Assembly: GCA_026396175.1 (NCBI GenBank)
Contig: JAPLXG010000013.1
Coordinates: 65,267-129,266, forward strand
Source of the DNA: Candidatus Moraniibacteriota bacterium
GTDB taxonomy: Bacteria; Patescibacteriota; Minisyncoccia; Moranbacterales; UBA2206
Direction: 5' to 3'
DNA length: 64,000 nucleotides
Of this stretch, positions 26,824 through 35,693 are shown piece by piece (position 1 is the first letter of the stretch; every line of letters starts with the position of its first letter). The notes under the pieces are model-generated. The model was given only the letters and a program-made list of their open reading frames with translations, had not been told where the DNA came from and ran no database searches. The translations under genes and the position numbers were made by a program.

Positions 26824-28486
26824 ATTTTTTTAAAGTTTTAACTATTTCTTCAGCCACCGCTTGAATTGCCGGAACGGCAACTGAATTTCCAAGTTGCTTC
26901 ATGGCCTGAACCGATGAAAAATTTGGTGGAAATTCGTACCAATCGGGAAAACCTTGCATTTTTAATCCCTCTTTCGGTCCAAGCTGAACAATCTTTCCAT
27001 TAACTCTGTAAGCGTCCCAATTTCTGCGATCGGTTATTTTGCTTCCGCGCCCACCGACACGCAATGTAAATCCTATTTCCTTGTCGCATTTTCCATTGAA
27101 AATATCTGACAAGGTATATTTCAATTCCTTGATTGGTTCGGGAAATTTAAAATCTATCGAAGTATCCTTAAAACCAACCATGAAAAGACGAGGACGGTGT
27201 TGAGGTAATCCAAAATCAGAGGCTCTGACAATTTGCGGAAAGAAAGAATATCCCAATTCTTTCGTAATAACCCTTTCTATGGTTTTAAATGTTTTTCCAT
27301 CGTCATGACTTAATAGGCCACGCACATTTTCCAGAAAAAATGCCTTTGGCTTTTTTTCTTTAATTATTTTTACAATATCAAAAAACAAAGTTCCACGAGT
27401 TTCGCTAAATCCTTTTTTGAATCCGGCTTGAGAAAATGGCTGACAAGGAAATCCCGCTGTCAAAATATCAAAATCCGGGATATCTTTTGTTTTAATTTTT
27501 GTAATATCGCCAATGAAATTTCCAGAATCAAACATTTCAGGAGAAATTTTATAAAGATTGTGTCTGTATGTTTTTTGAGCGGGTCCGTCCCATTCTGATA
27601 CGAAGACACATTCCGCTCCTGCATTATGAAATGCAATATGGAAACCGCCAATACCTGCGAATAAATCTATAAATCGCAAATTGTCACTCTTCTTTTTGTT
27701 TTTTGCCATTGAGTTATTATAAAAATATAATTGATTTGCATCTACCAGCAAATCAAACAGGGAGGCTTGCGAGCCTTCCGCCACATATTCCGTGTTTGTT
27801 AATTCCACATTCTTCAAGTCACCAAGTATGCTATGCACCCCGTTTTTTGCAACAATTAAAAAATCGATAACATTTACGCCCATTAATTGCCCGGCTTCAA
27901 TTATCCTTTTTGCGACCTGCTTGTCCTGCTCACTTGGTTTCGGATCACCTGATGGGTGATTGTGAATAAGAATTACACCCGCTGCGTGCATTTCCAATCC
28001 GGGGGCAAAAATTTCTCGCGGGTGAATAATGCTTTTGTCCAATGTTCCGATTGAAATGGTTTCTTTTTTTATCAGAGCGTTACGTGCGTTCAAATAAAGA
28101 CAAATGAGATGTTCTTGTTTCTTGTCTTTTAAGTCCAAAACAAGATTAATGGCGTCTTGTGCTGACAAAATTAAATTATCCAAAGAATTTTGTTTGTTAA
28201 AAATTCTTCCGGTTAATGCGAGTGCTGATGAAATCTGCAACGCCTTCGCTTGTCCTATTCCTGAAATTTTCATTAAATCAGCAACTGAAACATTTAATAA
28301 ATTATCTCCAAATTTTTTGATAATCTTTTGTGATAATACTTTTACATTAGTGCCTTTAATCCCACTGCCAAGCAAAATAGCCAAAAGCTCGCTATCAGTT
28401 AAAGCATCCGGTCCTTTTTCCAGAAATTTTTCTCTGGGGCGATCAAATTTTGGTATATCTTTAATTTTAGGCATATTTGATGACAT
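26807..28486 (-). CDS. RadC-like JAB/MPN domain fused to DNA cytosine-5 methyltransferase (Dcm)
   Basis: N-terminal part of about 230 aa: HhH region (LMKISGIGQAKA), then JAMM motif HNHPSGDPKPSEQD. C-terminal part of about 320 aa: motif I FIDLFAGIGGF, motif IV GFPCQPFSQAG, motif VI ENV, and C-terminal motifs. The reading frame is continuous. Confidence 0.75.
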   Translation of the reverse strand: MSSNMPKIKDIPKFDRPREKFLEKGPDALTDSELLAILLGSGIKGTNVKVLSQKIIKKFGDNLLNVSVADLMKISGIGQAKALQISSALALTGRIFNKQNSLDNLILSAQDAINLVLDLKDKKQEHLICLYLNARNALIKKETISIGTLDKSIIHPREIFAPGLEMHAAGVILIHNHPSGDPKPSEQDKQVAKRIIEAGQLMGVNVIDFLIVAKNGVHSILGDLKNVELTNTEYVAEGSQASLFDLLVDANQLYFYNNSMAKNKKKSDNLRFIDLFAGIGGFHIAFHNAGAECVFVSEWDGPAQKTYRHNLYKISPEMFDSGNFIGDITKIKTKDIPDFDILTAGFPCQPFSQAGFKKGFSETRGTLFFDIVKIIKEKKPKAFFLENVRGLLSHDDGKTFKTIERVITKELGYSFFPQIVRASDFGLPQHRPRLFMVGFKDTSIDFKFPEPIKELKYTLSDIFNGKCDKEIGFTLRVGGRGSKITDRRNWDAYRVNGKIVQLGPKEGLKMQGFPDWYEFPPNFSSVQAMKQLGNSVAVPAIQAVAEEIVKTLKKYGNRK

Positions 28487-28725
28487 AAAACTTAACTGCC
28501 TGTATTATACCTTAAATAAATATAAAATAAAAATCGCTTTTTCTGCGCCTTTCAATAGCAGAAAAACACCCTAAACCACTCATAAAAGATAAAAAAACTT
28601 ATTTTTCCTTATTATAAAAAAGCGGATTGATAAAAAATATAAAAAGTAAAAAAAATATTTATCCGCAGTTCTATTATGGCACATTATTTTTTTGTGGTAA
28701 ATAAACAATCTAAAAACTCCCCTCT

Positions 28726-29367
28726 CTATTCTTCTTTATCCGTAAACACCACCAATCGCTGGGGATAACTTTTGGCGTCTTTATTCCAAGCTCCTTCGCA
28801 AGTGATGAGATTGAGGTGCGCTTTCCCATCACTTGAACTAAATATCTCCGAAGCGTCTGCGCCCGGTTCATAGCTTCGACTTTCACGCACCACAAAAGAA
28901 ATACTCGCGCCATCAGCATCTTCGATAGATAATTTATCGCCTTTGCTCAATTTATGCAGATTATCAAACACAGATCCTTTTCCATTTTTCCATGTTCCAT
29001 AATGGCCAGCGATAACCGCGCTGCCATTTTCCCCGGGACGAGTCCCCAGCTTGAACCATCCCACCTCATCCGGACCTTTTGGCGTATCCATTGCTCCGGC
29101 AGAAGTGAGGCCCAGAGATTCAACAGCGGAGTCAACGCCAATCCCGGAGATTTTGAGCCGCACCGGCACACCGACACTTCCTTGTTCTTGTTTTGGAAGA
29201 GTATTGATATTTTCGAGAGGCAACGCTAAACTATTTTGAACCCGTCTATCCCCGAGCGGCCGAATAAAGTAAAACAAAAATACGGCAAACAATACCGCTC
29301 CCGCGAAATTAACTGCTAACAATATTCGTCCAGTTAAGTTTTTTGATGAATACATAAATAATCTCAA
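28726..29367 (-). CDS. sortase family transpeptidase (class E/F-like)
   Basis: N-terminal TM anchor, catalytic His region (IAGHYGTW), the TLxTC-type motif LNLITCEG, and a conserved Arg near the C-terminus. Confidence 0.75.
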   Translation of the reverse strand: MRLFMYSSKNLTGRILLAVNFAGAVLFAVFLFYFIRPLGDRRVQNSLALPLENINTLPKQEQGSVGVPVRLKISGIGVDSAVESLGLTSAGAMDTPKGPDEVGWFKLGTRPGENGSAVIAGHYGTWKNGKGSVFDNLHKLSKGDKLSIEDADGASISFVVRESRSYEPGADASEIFSSSDGKAHLNLITCEGAWNKDAKSYPQRLVVFTDKEE

Positions 29368-29485
29368 AAAAAGTCAAACCAGCTTCGGTCCGACTTTTTT
29401 TGTTTACTAGAAAATCAAGTAGGCAAAAATTTTTAATTTCTCCCAGATCTCAGGCTAAAACAAAAACCGCTTTTATTCTTTTAAG

Positions 29486-30745
29486 CTAATTGGCGAAGGA
29501 ATTAAAAAACGAAGACACTTTTTGGATAACGGTTTCCCATAGACTGCTATTTTCTTCATCCGGACCAATTCCAGCATTTGGAAGACCAGGAACAGAAACG
29601 GTGACAGTCGCTTTCGCAGTATCTTTCACCTCCTTGCCATTGGTTCCGCGAACGGTCGCTGTATTTGTCTCAGTTTGAGAAACTATTTTAGTGCAAGTGT
29701 ATCGCCATCTTTCATTAGTATCCAGTTTTGAATCATGATCACCATCGCCGGAAACAAATTTTACCGGGCTGCATTTATCATCTTTGATTGATACAAACTT
29801 CAACGCATTATCACCCTCATTTCTCACGTCATATGTATAGGTAACCAGTCCGGGACCGGAATATAGGGCTGAGGGAGTGGCTCTTTTTCGAACGCTTATA
29901 TCAACGTGGTTACTATCATTGTCCTTATTATCATTTGATGAATCATCCGGAGCTTTGCACACTGCATTGGTAATCGTGTTGTGATCCAGCGTAACATTGC
30001 CATCGCGGGCTAACAGACTTCCATCAACTCTTGCGCCATTTGCCACCGTGATTGAGTTAAGAGCCAGAATGTTTCCCACAAACACCGCAGTTGTATTAAT
30101 AGTGGCTGTATTCACTCGCCAAAAAACATTGCAAGCCTGGGCACTGCCTATTAATTCCACTTCAGCACCATTCGGTCCGACAGTCAGTCCGGTTCCATCA
30201 AAACCCATCTCAAAAATAAACACAGCGTTGGAATCGCCTTGTCCATCAAGAATCAGATGACCTGCTCCTTCCGTAATCTGAAACCTGGTATTGGCAGAGG
30301 AATATACGCCTGGGCTCAATGTCTGACCACCCAATTCGGTGGGAATAATTGTCCCCGGCCCTTGCCCGCTTGCATCGTCATATGCAGTTTCTAAGTCAGT
30401 TTTCGCCTTGTCTACCAAGGTTTTATCTGGTGCGGTACCCTTAAAACATGATGTGTCAATACCATCACCTACGTATGCCGAATTAACGCCGTATATTGTA
30501 CTCACACCGCTCATTTGTGAACACCATAGTCCGATACCAGCAGCGGTAGCCGGGCTCAACCCGACATTTCCAGTAATAGCAGAAGCATGACCGGCATCAG
30601 TAATATTAGGGGTCCCGGCCAATATCGCAAAATCATCGGCTGTGCCAAGATCCACCTGCGTCGCGGCATTAACTTTTCCGGAGAAACCAAGCGCAGTCGC
30701 AAAAGCTAATACAACGACCATTGCAATCCAATTAAATTTTTTCAT
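29486..30745 (-). CDS. secreted surface protein with DUF3494 (ice-binding-like) and DUF11 domains
   Basis: Signal peptide. LGTADDFAILAGTPNITDAGHASAITGNVGLSP matches the DUF3494 N-terminal signature. A C-terminal DUF11-like repeat (TYTYDVRNEGDNAL...RWRYTC) follows, and then LPNAG near the end, a possible sortase signal. Confidence 0.65.
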   Translation of the reverse strand: MKKFNWIAMVVVLAFATALGFSGKVNAATQVDLGTADDFAILAGTPNITDAGHASAITGNVGLSPATAAGIGLWCSQMSGVSTIYGVNSAYVGDGIDTSCFKGTAPDKTLVDKAKTDLETAYDDASGQGPGTIIPTELGGQTLSPGVYSSANTRFQITEGAGHLILDGQGDSNAVFIFEMGFDGTGLTVGPNGAEVELIGSAQACNVFWRVNTATINTTAVFVGNILALNSITVANGARVDGSLLARDGNVTLDHNTITNAVCKAPDDSSNDNKDNDSNHVDISVRKRATPSALYSGPGLVTYTYDVRNEGDNALKFVSIKDDKCSPVKFVSGDGDHDSKLDTNERWRYTCTKIVSQTETNTATVRGTNGKEVKDTAKATVTVSVPGLPNAGIGPDEENSSLWETVIQKVSSFFNSFAN

Positions 30746-30871
30746 ATATTTGTTTTATTTATTATTCATTTTTAAAGACAATCTCACTAGGTAAACTATA
30801 CCACAAGAGTAAAGAGTTGACAACACGCTTCTGGCAAAACTGTCAAGTACTGCCACGATACTTTAATAAAA

Positions 30872-30908
30872 ATAAAAACTACTGACTTATGTCAGTAGTT
30901 TTTATTTT
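30872..30908. terminator. bidirectional intrinsic terminator
   Basis: Perfect 8-bp stem ctactgac-ttat-gtcagtag, flanked by an A-run upstream and a T-run downstream. It lies just downstream of the minus-strand tRNA at 30916-30987. Confidence 0.6.
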
Positions 30909-30915
30909 CTTGTGG

Positions 30916-30987
30916 TAGCCCCAAGGAGAGTCGGACTCCTCTTTCCAGGATGAGAACCTGACGTCCTAACCGATAGACGATGGGGCC
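30916..30987 (-). tRNA. tRNA-Glu (anticodon CTC) with non-canonical T-loop
   Basis: The minus-strand sequence ggccccatcgtctatcggttaggacgtcaggttctcatcctggaaagaggagtccgactctccttggggcta folds as a cloverleaf (7-bp acceptor, D-loop with GG, anticodon loop ttctcat, T-stem aggag/ctcct). The T-loop reads tccgact instead of TTCRANY. Confidence 0.5.
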
Positions 30988-31179
30988 ATAAATTGGTACT
31001 AAGGTGAGAACTCACTATTTTTTAATAATAGCTAGGCCCTGTCCGCATCGCTACGCGAAGCGTTGCGGGCGGGCAAAATATCCAAAACGTAGCTTATCAG
31101 CAAATGAAAAAATTATCAAGCATTGATTACCCAGACGAGTCCGCCGGCTGGCGGACTCGTCTCTACCATTTTTACCACG

Positions 31180-32835
31180 TTACCGCACCGACATCACATA
31201 AAAAACATATTTACTATCATTAAATGTGTATTTGTCTGTGATGAGATTGGGACATTTTCCGCGATATTGATCTCTGAGCCACTGATCGGATTCCTGAAAA
31301 ACAATTTGCACGTCGTCGCAATTGATATTGTTCAGTCCATCCAGCGGACGAGAAAAAAGATAGTTTTTTATTTTTGGGTAAGCAATATATTCTGTTGTTT
31401 TCAAACTGGAAGTTTTGCTATTCTGATAGATGGCTGTGTTGTAGGCGGTAATCACATAATTATTCCGATGCACATCCAAATCTTTGATGAGCATCCCCAT
31501 CAGATAGATTTTTCTTTCAAATCCTCCGGCCGTGCGCAAATCGCTTGCCCAAAGTCCGAAATAGACATACATCTGCAAAAAACCACTGACCACGATAACC
31601 GCCACCAGTCCCAACATAAAAGTCAAGGTCAAGTTTGTGCCTCTCGTGCGCAGAGCGATGTCAGTCGAATCACGCATCTTGCGATAAATCTTCAAGATAT
31701 ATTCCAGCGGAAAAACACAAAAAAGGAAGACGCCGGGAATCGTCCCGATGATACGCAAAGAATGCGGAATGCCTTCGATGCTCAAAATTCCAGGCACAAG
31801 CATTACCCAAAAAATACTTTGCGCGAGAATTGAAGGATAAAATAGCCCGGAAAATTTAAAACTTTTTTCCACTTCGGCAATTTTTCTGAATTTTATCTTG
31901 CCCCAAATATTTTCCCCTATTTCTTTCAGACTGATGATAAAACCAATCACGAAAAAGGCCACCCAACCGGCCGGAATTAGTGGTTGATTGTTATAGTTAT
32001 GCCGCGGATTGTTGTCTCCATGCACAAAAAAAGCTTGCAAATGGACGCCTAAACTGGTGAAGAGTGCTTGACCGGTCGTCAATTTGGCAGAATTAAACAC
32101 CGAAACGGCTTGGCTTCGCGCCCAAAAATCACCAAAATGCGTCGAAAAATAAATCAAAATCGGCAAGGCACAAATAATGGAAGCAGTCATAAAAATAGTG
32201 ATGATTTTCCAATTTTTCAAGAAACCTTTTTTTTCAAAAAACAAATAGGCACAGCCGAAAATGATAAAAATGAGAGGCGCAATGCGAAAAGCGATATAGG
32301 AATAAAAACCTAAGCCCAAAAATAACCCAGCCAGAAGGAAAGACCAAAAAACTTTTTTGCTGTTTAAGCCCCGCAAGAAAAAATAAAGCGCCCAAATAAG
32401 ACAAAGTGGAACCATAATTGCCCGAAAGGCCGTGCGGGAAAAATCCAAATGCCAAAAGGAAAAGGCCAGCATAAATACGCCCAAAAGCACCGACAGACGC
32501 GAAAGTTTCAGCTCGCGAAGCAAAAAATAGAAACCGATAAGAGTGAGCGAACCCCACATCGCATTCGCCAGGCGAAGCGATAGACTACTTACACCGAAAA
32601 GTTTAATAAAAATAGCGATAACATTAATATGCAAACCTTCCCGACCGGTGTTTTCCGGATAAAATAATCTATAATCCCCCGTCTCATTGGCGTGAATCGC
32701 ATCAAGTCCGTTATAAGCTTCGTCGTATTGAATGCCCGGTGGAATTGAATCCAATTTCCAAAAACGCAAAAAAATTCCCGCAGCGAGAACTAAGATGACG
32801 AGAAAGTAAAAAATTTTTGAATCTTTTTTTAGCAT
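31180..32835 (-). CDS. GT-C family glycosyltransferase (ArnT/PMT, GT39-like)
   Basis: 551 aa and polytopic. The first periplasmic loop carries YDEAYNGLDA, the DE motif of ArnT/PMT enzymes. Confidence 0.75.
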   Translation of the reverse strand: MLKKDSKIFYFLVILVLAAGIFLRFWKLDSIPPGIQYDEAYNGLDAIHANETGDYRLFYPENTGREGLHINVIAIFIKLFGVSSLSLRLANAMWGSLTLIGFYFLLRELKLSRLSVLLGVFMLAFSFWHLDFSRTAFRAIMVPLCLIWALYFFLRGLNSKKVFWSFLLAGLFLGLGFYSYIAFRIAPLIFIIFGCAYLFFEKKGFLKNWKIITIFMTASIICALPILIYFSTHFGDFWARSQAVSVFNSAKLTTGQALFTSLGVHLQAFFVHGDNNPRHNYNNQPLIPAGWVAFFVIGFIISLKEIGENIWGKIKFRKIAEVEKSFKFSGLFYPSILAQSIFWVMLVPGILSIEGIPHSLRIIGTIPGVFLFCVFPLEYILKIYRKMRDSTDIALRTRGTNLTLTFMLGLVAVIVVSGFLQMYVYFGLWASDLRTAGGFERKIYLMGMLIKDLDVHRNNYVITAYNTAIYQNSKTSSLKTTEYIAYPKIKNYLFSRPLDGLNNINCDDVQIVFQESDQWLRDQYRGKCPNLITDKYTFNDSKYVFYVMSVR

Positions 32836-32862
32836 AAGATCATTACTGAACCCAACAAAGAA

Positions 32863-33306
32863 TTACCGCGGACTTTGCTCAAGACGTTTATATGTTTCGT
32901 AGGGATTTAAACCAAGTTTTGCGGCATCCATAAAAAGATTATTATAGATACTTTTTGCTTTTTTAACATCTTTTCCAACTGAAATGACTTGATCTGGCAC
33001 GGCCGGATCTTTTTGCTCGTTGCCGATTTTAATATCAGGAAAATAAATAACGTATTCATTGTGAACAGAATCCCAACTCAAAATCATATCAAATTTCCCT
33101 TCGTGCCCGTAAATAGTTTCTCGCTCATGATAGCGAGCCTGTTTTTCTTCTCTCAAAGAATGAGCTTCCTCCAATTGATCATTGGTGATTTCCAATCTTC
33201 CATCTGCCAGCTCTACCGCACCACCAGCCTTCAAAATATCATCATTAGCCTCTCGCGTTTTAATTATTTTTTCTTTCCGAGTCCGCTCGGGCATTTCCAT
33301 GCTCAT
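32863..33306 (-). CDS. hypothetical protein
   Basis: 147 aa, soluble and charged. No recognisable motif. Confidence 0.4.
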   Translation of the reverse strand: MSMEMPERTRKEKIIKTREANDDILKAGGAVELADGRLEITNDQLEEAHSLREEKQARYHERETIYGHEGKFDMILSWDSVHNEYVIYFPDIKIGNEQKDPAVPDQVISVGKDVKKAKSIYNNLFMDAAKLGLNPYETYKRLEQSPR

Positions 33307-33317
33307 ATTTTTTAATT

Positions 33318-35693
33318 TTACCGGATTATCTTACCACCCTTTCCAACCTGATCAATTTTCACTGAAAGCAATTTTGACATTCCGTCTTCTCCCATGGTAA
33401 CGCCATACAGTAGTGAAGCTTGGCGCATTGTTTCGCGATTATGCGTGATGATCACAAATTGCGTTGAATCGGAAAGATCTTGAATAATGCGACCGAAACG
33501 CTTCGAATTTGCTTCATCGAGCGCCGCTTCCACTTCATCTAGGATAGAAAATGGTGGCGGATTGTGCGCAATAATGGCGAAAAGTAGCGCAAGGGAAGTG
33601 AGTGAGCGTTCTCCACCAGAAAGCATCGCGAGACTGGCAATTTTTTTGCCGGCCGGACAGGCAGAAATGTCTATCCCGATTTCGTCCTTATCATCTTCTC
33701 CATCAGCTGGCGGATTCAACTCGCCTTCTTCCGTTTCATTCCCTTGCTCAGTTGCCTCACTTTCCAAAATTTCGTCTTTCGTCCGGCGCGTTTTTATTTT
33801 CACCTTAGTCAAATGCGCGTCCCCACCGCCAAAAATAATGCGGAAATATTTGGAAAATTCTTTGTTAATCTCATCAAAAGTTTCATGAAATTTTTCATTC
33901 ACCTTTTTCTCCATTTCTTTGATTACTTCACGAAGTGAAACAAGGGCGTTTTCCAAATCAGCCGATTCTGTCGTTAAAAATTGAAAACGTTTTTCCGTCT
34001 CATTATATTCCGTCAGAACCAGTGGATCGATGCCACCAATTTGCTCCATCTGGAATTTCAATTTGGCAATTTCTCGTTCCAAGGAAAATTGATCAACTGT
34101 TTCTAATTTTTTGTCCAGAAGCTCCGCTTCCATCTTCAGCTCTTCCAAAATCCGCGCCCGCAAATCTTCTTCACGCACCTCGATTTTTGCCAAAGAAATT
34201 TTAAAATCGTTATATTTATCCTTGAAAGAATTCGTCTCGTCCTGCTTCAAGCGTAATTCGCGCTCAACTTGAAAAAATTGCTGACGCTTTTCGCGATCCA
34301 AGGCAATTTCCGCTTGAATCTCTTTGGCAATTTTTTGTAAATCTTCTTCCAGTGTCCTTATCTCCGCGCGAACTTGGAAAGATTTAGCTCTCAAATCAAT
34401 AATCGCTTGAGAATCTGCTTGAACAACAACTTCAATCGGCTTCGCCTCAACTTTTTTCGCCGGCATAGAAGTTTCCTTTTTGCCTGCCTGCCGGTAGGCA
34501 TGGCCATTTTCAATATCCCCTCGCAATTCCGTCAATTTTTGCTGAATCCTGCGCGCCAATTCTCGCACCGCTTCAATATCTTTCAAATCTTTGGCAACGT
34601 TCAGTTTTTGCACTAAAATTTCCTGGTCGCGCCGAATCTCTTCCAGATTACCTTTGACGTAACTCAAATCTACCGGCTGGCTTTGAATTTTTATCTCTTC
34701 GATGATTTGGATGCTTTTTTGTTTTTCTTTTTCCAGCTCGATCCGTCCTTCGGAAATGATCAGCTCCCGCTCCAAATCATTGAGGCGGGTGCGTTTTTCT
34801 CTTTGGCTTTTTTCCAACTCCTGCAAAGTCTCATTGGTTTTTTCTTCCTTGGAACGTCGATTGACTTCGTCCATCAATTTGTCCGCTTCCCGCTGAATAT
34901 TATTCATCTTTGCGCCTAACGTATCTTTTTCTTCGTTTAATTTCAGCTTGTCCTCATTGAACTTATTCCACAGATAGGTATAGAGCTTAGTTTGTTTTTC
35001 TTTCAAGTCCTTCGCCACAATTTCACTCTGCGCCGCTTTTTCCGCTTGACGCTTGAGCACCCGAAGATGCGGCCTAATTTCTTCGATTAGCTCGGAAGCG
35101 CGCACTAAATTCGCTTTAGTCGTTTCCAGTTTGCGCAGTGATCGTTCTTTTTTGATCTGATATTGCTTCACTCCCGCCGCTTCCTCAATCACAAACCGCC
35201 GTTCCAGTGGCGTGGCGCTAAGAATCGAATCAGCCATTCCCTGATTGATGATCGCATAGCTTTCTTTGCCCACTCCCGCTTTCGCTAGGATGTCCACAAT
35301 ATCTTGCAGTCTCACTCGCGAACCATTGACCAAATATTCACTTTCCCCACTGCGAAAAATTTTGCGACAAATTGCCACTTCAGAAAAATCCAGGGGCAAT
35401 CGTTTTTCACTATTATCAAAATAGAGCGTCACTTGCGCGCTACCCAATTTGGCTTTTTTTCCTGATCCGGCAAAAATAATATCCTCCGATTTTTTGCTAC
35501 GCAAATTTTTCATCGACTGTTCTCCGATCACCCAACGCATCGCATCGGCAATATTGGATTTTCCCGAACCATTCGGTCCAACAATTGCCGTTATTCCCTG
35601 AGCTCCGCCATCTTTCGGTGACGTCGAAAAATCCAACACCGTTTTCGCTGCGAAAGATTTAAACCCATTGATTTCCAGTTTTTTCAAAAACAT
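33318..35693 (-). CDS. smc: SMC-family chromosome segregation ATPase (short form)
   Basis: Probable start MFLKKLEINGFKSF. Walker A GPNGSGKSN, long coiled coils, C-terminal signature LSGGERSLTSLALLFA, and Walker B/D-loop ILDEVEAALD. A REP palindrome is inserted in frame within the coiled-coil region. The track ORF extends upstream to 35729. Confidence 0.85.
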   Translation of the reverse strand: MFLKKLEINGFKSFAAKTVLDFSTSPKDGGAQGITAIVGPNGSGKSNIADAMRWVIGEQSMKNLRSKKSEDIIFAGSGKKAKLGSAQVTLYFDNSEKRLPLDFSEVAICRKIFRSGESEYLVNGSRVRLQDIVDILAKAGVGKESYAIINQGMADSILSATPLERRFVIEEAAGVKQYQIKKERSLRKLETTKANLVRASELIEEIRPHLRVLKRQAEKAAQSEIVAKDLKEKQTKLYTYLWNKFNEDKLKLNEEKDTLGAKMNNIQREADKLMDEVNRRSKEEKTNETLQELEKSQREKRTRLNDLERELIISEGRIELEKEKQKSIQIIEEIKIQSQPVDLSYVKGNLEEIRRDQEILVQKLNVAKDLKDIEAVRELARRIQQKLTELRGDIENGHAYRQAGKKETSMPAKKVEAKPIEVVVQADSQAIIDLRAKSFQVRAEIRTLEEDLQKIAKEIQAEIALDREKRQQFFQVERELRLKQDETNSFKDKYNDFKISLAKIEVREEDLRARILEELKMEAELLDKKLETVDQFSLEREIAKLKFQMEQIGGIDPLVLTEYNETEKRFQFLTTESADLENALVSLREVIKEMEKKVNEKFHETFDEINKEFSKYFRIIFGGGDAHLTKVKIKTRRTKDEILESEATEQGNETEEGELNPPADGEDDKDEIGIDISACPAGKKIASLAMLSGGERSLTSLALLFAIIAHNPPPFSILDEVEAALDEANSKRFGRIIQDLSDSTQFVIITHNRETMRQASLLYGVTMGEDGMSKLLSVKIDQVGKGGKIIR

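Noticed and set aside
28710-29239. Small ORFs 28710-28919(-), 28947-29177(-), 28954-29229(+) and 29051-29239(+)
   Set aside because: They overlap the sortase gene in other frames or on the other strand. The sortase has clear family motifs, and these do not.
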